A stretch of 64,000 nt of DNA from an uncultured Oscillospiraceae bacterium (GTDB lineage: Bacteria; Bacillota; Clostridia; Oscillospirales; Oscillospiraceae). How positions within the stretch are numbered: position 1 is the stretch's first letter; each line of letters begins with the position of its first letter. Position numbers and translations under genes: made by a program. The notes under the pieces were generated by a model. The model ran no database searches and had not been told where the DNA came from. It was given only the letters and a program-made list of their open reading frames with translations. Below, one piece after another: positions 26,801 through 35,100 of this stretch. The DNA lies in contig CAYWAP010000005.1 of assembly GCA_964456525.1 (NCBI GenBank), positions 963 through 64,962 of the forward strand, written 5' to 3'.

Positions 26801-26874
26801 CGGTTGCTGCGGTCCGCAAACCGCAGATAGGGGTTCCTTGCCCCTCCGACAAAAATAGAATGGAGGCTATCCGA

Positions 26875-28968
26875 TTGCACTCACCAAAGAGACTAATCAC
26901 AGGGCTGATTCTGGTCTTTTCTCTTTGCCTCTGCATGGCGTCTTTCGCACTTGCGGATTCTTCTGGTACAATTATCAGCGACTGTGTGCGCGTGCGCACC
27001 CAGCCCAGCACGGATTCCGAAGTGTATCAGCAGCTGAACAGCGGCGATATTGTCACAGTGACCGAAGACGCTGATGAGAACGGTTGGGTTGAAATTCAAT
27101 TCACCTATACTGAGGATGGGACCACCAAGACCGGTTATGTCAGCGAGCTCTACATCTCCGTAGACGAATCTGACGATTCCGACAGCGACTCCAGCGACGA
27201 TACAGAGACAGAAACAGAGACGGATTCCAGCGACGCTTCTGAAGAAGTAGAATCTGAAACCGATTCTACGGAAGCGGAAGAGGAAACCGACAGCGAAGCA
27301 GAAGAGGAAACCTCTACCGAGGATATCACGCTCTCTACTTCCATCTCCGTGACTGCCACCGTTGCAGACTCTGACTCCCAGATCTATCAGGAAACTGACT
27401 CCGATTCCGATGTCGTCATCAGCATTGATGAGGACTGCATCGTCACCGTTCTGGGTGATGCGGATGAAGAGGGCTGGGTTGAGGTCAGCTATGTCGCCGG
27501 CGACGGCGAGACCTACAAGGGCTACATGACCTCCAGCGCGCTGGATATGAACACCATCGGCGCAGGAAGCTGCCAAGTGGCTTTCGCCATTGTCCGTGAA
27601 TCTTCCGATTCCACTTCTGACGTGGTTGGTGTCCTGCCTCTGGATGCTGAGGTGGATATTTACGAGGTTGTCGACGGCAAGTATCGCATCAAGTATGACG
27701 ATCTGACCGGCTGGGTTGACGCAAGCAGCATCAGCCTTGAAAGCGAAGAGGAAGATGACCTCTACGGTTACGGCATCGTCACCATCGATCAGCTTCGGCT
27801 CCGCTCCAAGCGCAGCACAGATTCCAGCATAAAGGCCAAGATCGCAGAGGGCACTGTCCTTCAGCTGATTAACCTGAAGAACGGCTGGTACAAGACCGTT
27901 TACAACGGGTATACCGGTTACGTTATGGCCGAGTACATCGAGGAAGTCGATACTTCCTTTGAGGGATATGTTGAGGTCACCTCTTCTTCCCTGTATCTGC
28001 GTGCGGGTGCTGGCACCGGTTATGCAAAGCTCACGGTCATCCCTTCCGGAACGGTTTTGGAGACCACCGGCGCCATTGGTAAATGGTATCTGGTTACTTA
28101 TGACGGTTTCACCGGTTTTGTCAGCGGTGATTTCGTTTCCGCCACCACGGAAGACGGCTTTACGGTCAGCGATGACACAACTGCCGACGATTCCATCGTC
28201 GTCTCTGTAGATGTTCTGAACCTCCGCGCCGAGGCCAGTACGAGTGCCGAAAAGCTGGACACCCTGTCCAAGGGCACTGAATTGGATGTCCTGGAAGAGG
28301 AGGACGGCTGGTACCAGATTGAATACGACGGTCAGGTTGGCTATGTCAAGAAGGAATACACCAGCACTGCCGCAGAGCTTGAGGCTGCAGAGGCTGCCGC
28401 TGCCGCGGAAGCTGCTGCCGCAGAGGCCGCAGCCGCAGAAGCTGCCGCTGCAGAAAGCGCGTCGGCATCTTCCAGTTCCAGCTCTTCTAGTTCCTCCAGC
28501 TCCAGCTCTTCCAGCTCCAGCTCCAGTTCTAGTTCTTCCAGCTCCAGCTCTTCCAGCTCCAGCTCCAGTTCTAGTTCTTCCAGCTCCAGCTCTTCTAGTT
28601 CCAGTTCCTCCAGCTCTTCCAGTTCCAGCTCTGGCGCTGCTGTGCTCGCTTACGCCAGCCAGTTTGTTGGCAACCCCTATGTGTGGGGCGGCACGAGCCT
28701 GACCAACGGCGCTGACTGCTCCGGCTTCGTCCAGGCTGTCTTTGCAAAGTTTGGCGTCTCCCTCCCCCATAGCTCTTCTGCCATCCGCAGCTACGGGAAA
28801 GAGGTCAGCTACTCCGAAATGCAGGTTGGTGACGTGGTCTGCTACAGCGGTCATGTTGGTATCTATGCCGGCAATGGTAAGTTGCTCAGCGCACTGAACT
28901 CGAGTTCTGGCATTACGTATTGCTCCGTGAACTACAAGTCGATTATTACCATTCGCCGTATGCTTTAA
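26875..28968 (+). CDS. secreted NlpC/P60 peptidoglycan endopeptidase with six SH3b-like domains
   Basis: Signal peptide; six repeats of the LR..PS...GW....G.GYV pattern; C-terminal PYVWGG, DCSGF, GHVGIY; TTG start after GGAGG. Confidence 0.9.
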   Translation: MHSPKRLITGLILVFSLCLCMASFALADSSGTIISDCVRVRTQPSTDSEVYQQLNSGDIVTVTEDADENGWVEIQFTYTEDGTTKTGYVSELYISVDESDDSDSDSSDDTETETETDSSDASEEVESETDSTEAEEETDSEAEEETSTEDITLSTSISVTATVADSDSQIYQETDSDSDVVISIDEDCIVTVLGDADEEGWVEVSYVAGDGETYKGYMTSSALDMNTIGAGSCQVAFAIVRESSDSTSDVVGVLPLDAEVDIYEVVDGKYRIKYDDLTGWVDASSISLESEEEDDLYGYGIVTIDQLRLRSKRSTDSSIKAKIAEGTVLQLINLKNGWYKTVYNGYTGYVMAEYIEEVDTSFEGYVEVTSSSLYLRAGAGTGYAKLTVIPSGTVLETTGAIGKWYLVTYDGFTGFVSGDFVSATTEDGFTVSDDTTADDSIVVSVDVLNLRAEASTSAEKLDTLSKGTELDVLEEEDGWYQIEYDGQVGYVKKEYTSTAAELEAAEAAAAAEAAAAEAAAAEAAAAESASASSSSSSSSSSSSSSSSSSSSSSSSSSSSSSSSSSSSSSSSSSSSSSSSSSSSSSSGAAVLAYASQFVGNPYVWGGTSLTNGADCSGFVQAVFAKFGVSLPHSSSAIRSYGKEVSYSEMQVGDVVCYSGHVGIYAGNGKLLSALNSSSGITYCSVNYKSIITIRRML
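28468..28632 (+). repeat. poly-serine linker (55 codons) containing a 42-bp tandem repeat
   Basis: 55 consecutive Ser codons; identical 42-nt units at 28495-28536 and 28537-28578 plus a partial third. Confidence 0.9.
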
Positions 28969-28975
28969 TGCAACG

Positions 28976-29008
28976 AAATCCCGGGCTCTCGCGAGTCCGG
29001 GATTTTTT
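28976..29008. terminator. bidirectional terminator
   Basis: AAATCCCGGGCTC/GAGTCCGGGATTT followed by T tract. Confidence 0.75.
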
Positions 29009-29057
29009 CTGTTTTTATTTGCAGTTCATCGTGTGATCCCTTCTGCCCAAGGAGATT

Positions 29058-29873
29058 TCACCGCCCAAAACGCTTTCTGCGATGTTCCCGCAGCTGCTCC
29101 GAGCGCTCTCTGATGGCCTGGAACACAGCCTCATAGTCCACAGAATTCAGTTTGGGATACCGAAGGCGGAATCTCGCCAGATAATGCTGGGCCTCCGCCA
29201 GCATATCCCGTTCCCGCAGCTCCAGCCGAAGCAGGCTTGCCTGCACGGCAGCCTCATCCAGTCTCTGCCGGGAAGCAGTTGCCAACGCCTTCCGGCGTTC
29301 GTTTAGATCGCTTCTGGCTCGAGCAGCCCTTTGCAAAAAGCGGGTTGCCAGCGCCAGCGAGCGAACCGTCGTCACCATGTCGGCCAACGTGACAGCTGCC
29401 AACACCACAGACAGCCCCCACCGCACGGCGGCGCTCAGCCGGGCAAACAGCGCCACTGTCGCCGGATGAATCCAGTAAATGGTTACATAGGCCATAAGGC
29501 CCCAATACAGGGAGTTTCTCAGACAAATTCTGCCGTGCAGGTTCCATTTGCAGCTGGAATAATCCCAGTATTTGATATGGGTGGTCACCTCCAGCAGCCA
29601 ACCTACAAAATATTCCCAGGCGGACATGGTCACCGTTGAAACCAGGAAAAAGATTACGATATTCCCGGTAAACCGGCGGAGAAACAGCACCATGAGCAGC
29701 GCGCCCACACCATAGATCGGGCAGATCGGCCCCTTCAGAAAGCCGCGCATGACAAAATGTCCCGCTAAGGCCGAGCAATACAGGGTCTCCAGGCCCCACC
29801 CCAGAAAGGAATACCAGATAAAATAGAGAAACAAAAGCGACAACGAATGTCCCATCAACATTGGTTCCATCAT
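29058..29873 (-). CDS. putative ABC-transporter type IV (CmpB-like) membrane protein
   Basis: YSFLGWGLET, RGFLKGPICPIYGVG, YWDYS...NLHGRICL. Confidence 0.8.
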   Translation of the reverse strand: MMEPMLMGHSLSLLFLYFIWYSFLGWGLETLYCSALAGHFVMRGFLKGPICPIYGVGALLMVLFLRRFTGNIVIFFLVSTVTMSAWEYFVGWLLEVTTHIKYWDYSSCKWNLHGRICLRNSLYWGLMAYVTIYWIHPATVALFARLSAAVRWGLSVVLAAVTLADMVTTVRSLALATRFLQRAARARSDLNERRKALATASRQRLDEAAVQASLLRLELRERDMLAEAQHYLARFRLRYPKLNSVDYEAVFQAIRERSEQLREHRRKRFGR

Positions 29874-30418
29874 AGACGCCGCTCATTTCCCTCCTTCTCA
29901 TTGAGAAGTGCGGTGAGGACTACGTTGTAGATTCCCTCGGCGTTGGAGCGGAATCCCTCGGCCAGCATCGCCCCCTGTTTGCTGTCCGGCGCCAGCATAT
30001 TCAGGGTCATGACATTGCCGGAGTCATCATCCAGAATCATGATGACCGTCACCCCGTCTCCGTTCTCTCGGGGGACAATGGAGGTGCGCACATGGTTCTG
30101 ACGCTCCATCTGCCGGTTCAACTCGGCCACGCTGCGGTCACAGCGCAGACGAACCGAATACGGTAACTCATCCTCGCAAATCGCACCATTGGCCCTTCCC
30201 TTGGGCGTGATCGACAGGCAATAATTTCCGTCTTCTTTTACATGGCCAGTCGTCTTCAAGCTGCCGAGGGCATCGGCAAATTGGAAATAATCCACCCCTT
30301 CATCGCACAGCACCAGATCGGTCAGCTGCGCCATATCCAGCGGCAATTTGGACCGGGCCAAAATGTAGAGAATCAACAACTTAATATCCAATGGGCTGCG
30401 AATAAATCCACGTGCCAT
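29870..30418 (-). CDS. DUF4364 family protein (winged-helix-like)
   Basis: IKLLILYIL, DYF....L..L, ITPKG; overlaps the downstream gene by 4 nt. Confidence 0.75.
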   Translation of the reverse strand: MARGFIRSPLDIKLLILYILARSKLPLDMAQLTDLVLCDEGVDYFQFADALGSLKTTGHVKEDGNYCLSITPKGRANGAICEDELPYSVRLRCDRSVAELNRQMERQNHVRTSIVPRENGDGVTVIMILDDDSGNVMTLNMLAPDSKQGAMLAEGFRSNAEGIYNVVLTALLNEKEGNERRL

Positions 30419-30483
30419 ACTTCAACCTTCCCTTCATGGCAGACTTCAAAGGCTCGCAAACCTTCCCGGAAGTGTTGCCATTT

Positions 30484-30512
30484 ATTATACCGTTTTTTCC
30501 AAAAGAAGACAA
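30484..30512 (-). promoter_or_regulatory. sigma-A promoter for the DUF4364 gene
   Basis: minus strand TTGTCT-17bp-TATAAT. Confidence 0.65.
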
Positions 30513-30649
30513 GGGTTTCCATCTGGGAGATTTTCTCCCCCAACAGGGGATGGATGCTGTCCAAAGGTGCATATTTGTTCCAAGCGACTCCCCAGAACCC
30601 CCGATTTCTTCCATCTGGGTTGCGTCTCACAGATGCGCACCCGCTTTCC

Positions 30650-30678
30650 TTGACATATTCTTTAGGATAGGGTAAAAT
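30650..30678 (+). promoter_or_regulatory. sigma-A promoter for the DUF3048 gene
   Basis: TTGACA-17bp-TAAAAT. Confidence 0.75.
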
Positions 30679-30725
30679 AAAGTAACTTACAAAAGATGTG
30701 ATCGACACGCAGGGAGGTTCCGCCA

Positions 30726-31847
30726 ATGAATCGACTGATCTGTTTACTTCTGGCCCTCGCCATGTGCTTTTCTCTCGCCGCCTGCGGCAGTTCTGCCAGC
30801 GAAGGAGAGGATTCCAGCTCCGAGGCAGTGGAAACCAATGAAACTTCTGATGAGACGGAAGAGGAAGCTGCCTATATCAACCCCCTGACCGGGGAGGCAG
30901 TGGAGGAAGATATTTCCTCCAACCGCCCCATTGCGGTGATGCTGAACAACATTGAACAGTCTCTCCCCCAGTCCGGCAACTCCCAGGCTGACATCCTGTA
31001 TGAGGTTCCGGAGGAGGGCGGTGTCACCCGCATCCTGGCCCTTTATCAGGACATATCCGATGTGGGCAATCTGGGCTCCATCCGCTCGACCCGTCCCTAT
31101 TATGTCGAGCTGGCCACAGCTGCGGACTCCATCCTGGTCCATGCGGGAGGCTCCACCCAGGCCTATGAGAGCATTCTGGAGTATATGGAACTGTACGACT
31201 TCACCGATCTGGACTATCTGAGCAAGGGCACCCGCACGGCAGATATTTTCTGGCGGGATGAGAGCCGTCTTGCAGCCGGTTATGACAGCGAGAACACGCT
31301 CTTCACCTCCTCGGATGAGATTCAGGAGTATTTGGAGGCCAATTCGGACGAAATCCGTCTGACCCACGACGACAGCTACGACTTCGGCCACACCTTCGCG
31401 GAAGATGGCACCCCGGAGAACGGAGAAGATGCCACCTCGATCAGCGTCACCATGTCCGGGTACAAGAGCACCGGCTTTGACTATGATTCGGAGACCAACA
31501 CCTATGCTGTCAGCCAGTTCGACTCCTCCTATATAGACCAGACCACTGGTGAGCAGGTCACGGTGACCAACGTCATCGTCATTCTGACGGACATTACCGA
31601 GTTGAACGACTCGAAAAATCACGTGGATGTGGCCATCACAGGCCAGGGCTACGGCTACTATTTCAACGGCGGCAAATATGAGACAATTATCTGGTCCAAA
31701 GCCGACGTGAGCGACACCTATACCTTCTACTTGGAGGACGGTGAGACAACTTTCGATCTGGGCGTCGGCAAAACCTATGTCTGCATCTGCGACACGAGCC
31801 GGGACATCACCGTGGATGGCGTCGTTTTGGAAACGCCCTCGGATTGA
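30726..31847 (+). CDS. DUF3048 domain lipoprotein
   Basis: Lipobox LAAC; NPLTG, RPIAVMLNN, PQSG...AD..YE...EGGVTR, GSIRSTRPY. Confidence 0.88.
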   Translation: MNRLICLLLALAMCFSLAACGSSASEGEDSSSEAVETNETSDETEEEAAYINPLTGEAVEEDISSNRPIAVMLNNIEQSLPQSGNSQADILYEVPEEGGVTRILALYQDISDVGNLGSIRSTRPYYVELATAADSILVHAGGSTQAYESILEYMELYDFTDLDYLSKGTRTADIFWRDESRLAAGYDSENTLFTSSDEIQEYLEANSDEIRLTHDDSYDFGHTFAEDGTPENGEDATSISVTMSGYKSTGFDYDSETNTYAVSQFDSSYIDQTTGEQVTVTNVIVILTDITELNDSKNHVDVAITGQGYGYYFNGGKYETIIWSKADVSDTYTFYLEDGETTFDLGVGKTYVCICDTSRDITVDGVVLETPSD

Positions 31848-31913
31848 CGGCAGCTCCAGCACCGCCGCCCCGGACGACACCGGGACGGCATCCCCCCTCT
31901 TTCATGGTACTAC

Positions 31914-31954
31914 AAATCCCGTCTGATGGTTCTCCCCTGTCGGACGGGATTTTT
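31914..31954 (+). terminator. terminator after the DUF3048 gene
   Basis: AAATCCCGTC/GACGGGATTT stem plus T tract. Confidence 0.7.
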
Positions 31955-32158
31955 GTTTACCATTTATTCATTTTTTGTTCAATGTTTCCAGTGGCTTTTT
32001 CGGCAAAAAACGCTACAATAGACACGATGTAAATGATTCGATTCTGTCTTTTCTGCTGCGTATAACACAGCCGGGGATAGGGTCTGTTTTGTTTCACAGG
32101 TCATAGGAATTCTATCCATTGCATGTTCTGCAATGAGATTAACAGGAGCAACGTATTT

Positions 32159-35100
32159 ATGGTCAATTCCAATTCTGCGCTTCGTCTGGGTATTGACGTA
32201 GGTTCTACCACCGTGAAAGTGGTGGTTCTGGATCCGGCATCCAACGAAGTTCTTTTTTCCCGCTATCAGCGCCATCACGCAGAACAGGCTGCCACCGCCC
32301 GGGAACTCTTGCAGGAAGTTTTGAGTACCTTCCCGGATACGCCGTTCCGGGCCGCCGTCTGCGGCTCCGGCGGCAAACCCATTGCCGATTGCATTGGCGC
32401 CCACTACATCCAGGAAGTCGTGGCCAACTCTGCCGCCGTGCGCAAGCTGTATCCCGAAGCCCGCACGGCTATTGAGCTGGGCGGGCAGGACGCCAAAATC
32501 ATTTTCTTTTATTATGACAAAACCGCCGGCCATCTGGTCACCTCCGATATGCGCATGAACGGCAGCTGCGCAGGGGGCACCGGCGCCTTCATTGACGAGA
32601 TTGCCGCCCTTTTAAAAACCCCCACAGAGGCATTTGAGGCGCTGGCCGCCAAGGGAACGACCCTTTACAGCATCTCCGGCCGTTGCGGCGTTTTTGCCAA
32701 AACCGATATCCAGACCATTTTGAACCAGGGCGGACGGCGGGAGGACATCGCCCTTTCCTCTTTCCACGCCATTGCCAAGCAGACCATTGGCGGACTGGCT
32801 CAGGGTCTGGAAATTCACCCACCCGTCATTTTCGAGGGCGGCCCCCTGACGTTTAACCCCACACTGGTCAAGGTCTTCGCCAAGCGCCTGAATCTGCGGG
32901 AAGAGGAAATCATCCGCCCGGTCAACCCGGATACCATCGTCGCAGAGGGCGCGGCTCTGGCCATCGACGAACTCTTTCCGGTGGAGCAGGACACAGACGA
33001 TCTCTTCGATCTACAGCGGGCAAACACGCTTTTGGAAAACGGCGTAACGGAGGACTCCTCCAGTGAGCCCGGCACGGTACAGCGCTATTTTGAGCGCGAC
33101 GAGGACTGCCAAGCCTGGCGCAAGCGCCATGCCCCTCCCCCACTGGCCCAGCCCCACACTGTCCCCGGTGAACCACTGCGGGTCTACATCGGCATTGACG
33201 CGGGCAGCACCACCTCCAAGCTGGTTCTGCTGGACGAGGAGGAACGTGTCATCGACCGGTTCTATGCCAACAACCAGGGCGACCCCATCCGCGTGGTCAA
33301 ACAGGGACTGATGCAGCTCCACGAAAAGTACCGCAAGGCGGGCATTGAGCTGGAAGTTCTGGGCCTTGGCACAACCGGTTACGGCGAGATGATGCTTGGC
33401 GCAGCCTACGGCGCGGACTATCACACGGTAGAAACCGTCGCCCACGCCGCCGCCGCCCAGCACTACGTCCCCGACGTCAGTTTTGTGCTGGACATCGGCG
33501 GCCAGGACATGAAGGCCATCTGGATTTCCGACCGCATTGTGACCAATATGACGCTAAACGAAGCCTGCTCCTCCGGCTGCGGTTCCTTTCTGGAGAACTT
33601 TGCGACCTCTCTGGGGATTCCTGTGGATCAGATCGCGGAGGCCGCCTTCCGGGCGGAACATCCTGCCAACCTGGGCAGCCGCTGCACGGTCTTCATGAAC
33701 AGCACCATTATCACCGAACAGAAAAACGGCCGCAACCCGGACGAGATTATGGCCGGGCTGTGCCGCTCCATCATACAAAACGTCTTTACCAAAGTGGTCC
33801 GCATTCCTAACACCGACGCCCTCGGCAAAAAAGTGGTGGTGCAGGGCGGCACCTTTAAAAATGACGCCGTCCTCCGTGCGCTGGAGCAGTACCTGGGCGT
33901 GGAAGTCACCCGCGCCCCCTACCCGGGGGAGATGGGCTGCATTGGCGCCGCGCTGCTGACCAAACGCCAGGTAGAGGACGAGGGATACCCGGACGGGAAG
34001 AGCCATTTTATCGGCTGGGACGCCCTACCCGACTTCGACTACATCCAAAAGGACAACCTCCCCTGCCCCTTCTGCGGCAACCACTGCCGCCGCACCATCG
34101 TCACCTTCTCCAACGGCAGGAGCTGGATCACCGGCAACCGCTGCGAGCGGGGCGAAATTCTGGGCAATCCCAGGGAGGAATCGGTTCGCTCCCAGCTAAA
34201 GGCCCGGAAGCAGGACACGGTTCCCAACCTGTTCGCGCTGCGTGAGAAGCTGCTGTTTCAGGACTATGACTATCCAAAGCTGCTGCCGGAGAAGAATGTT
34301 GTCATCGGTCTGCCCCGGGTGCTTGCGTTCTGGGAGACCATGCCCTTTTGGACCACCTTCTGGCGGGCCCTGGGCTTCCGCGTCCGCATTTCTGACAAGA
34401 GTTCCCGCAGGCTCTATGAGAGCGGACTGTCCGCCGTCACATCGGATACCGTCTGTTTCCCGGCCAAGCTGGTTCACGGCCACATCCGCAATCTGGCACA
34501 GAAAAAAGTCGATCGTATCTTTATGCCCTCCATCACCACCGTCACCTCTGAGAATACAGAGACGACCAGCGAATCTATGTGCGCCGTGGTCAAGGGCTAT
34601 CCCATCGTCATCCGCAACTCTGACAGCCCTGAACAGCGTTGGGGCATCCCCTTTGACGCGCCGCTGTTCCACTGGTACAAGGTGAAGGACCGCAACCGTC
34701 AGCTGACCGAATACATGCACGACACCTTTGGCATTGCTGCCGACCTGACCCGTGAGGCGGTCAAGGCCGCTGACGCCGCCCAGTCCCAGTACGAAACCGC
34801 GCTGAAGGCGGCCGGTCAGGAGGTGTTGGACGAAGTCACCCGTAAGGGGACCTACGCCGTGATTCTCGCCGCCCGCCCCTATCAGAATGACGCATTGGTC
34901 AACCACAACCTGCCGGAGCTGTTCACCCAGCTGGGCATTCCCGTGCTCACCGCCGATTCTCTGCCCATGGTCACCAATGTGGACCTGAGTAGGAGCCGGC
35001 TGGATATCGTCAATAACTACCACGCCCGTATGCTGTCCTCCGCCATTCTGGCCGCTGAGAACGAGAATTTGGAGTATGTGCAGCTGGTCAGCTTCGGCTG

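Noticed and set aside
28468-28632. Possible CRISPR array
   Set aside because: The repeats are contiguous in-frame Ser codons with no unique spacers, and no cas genes are present.
26893-28854. 653-aa antisense ORF with RAGTG/RTRTG repeats
   Set aside because: It is simply the reverse complement of the poly-Ser/EAAAA linker and hydrolase gene.
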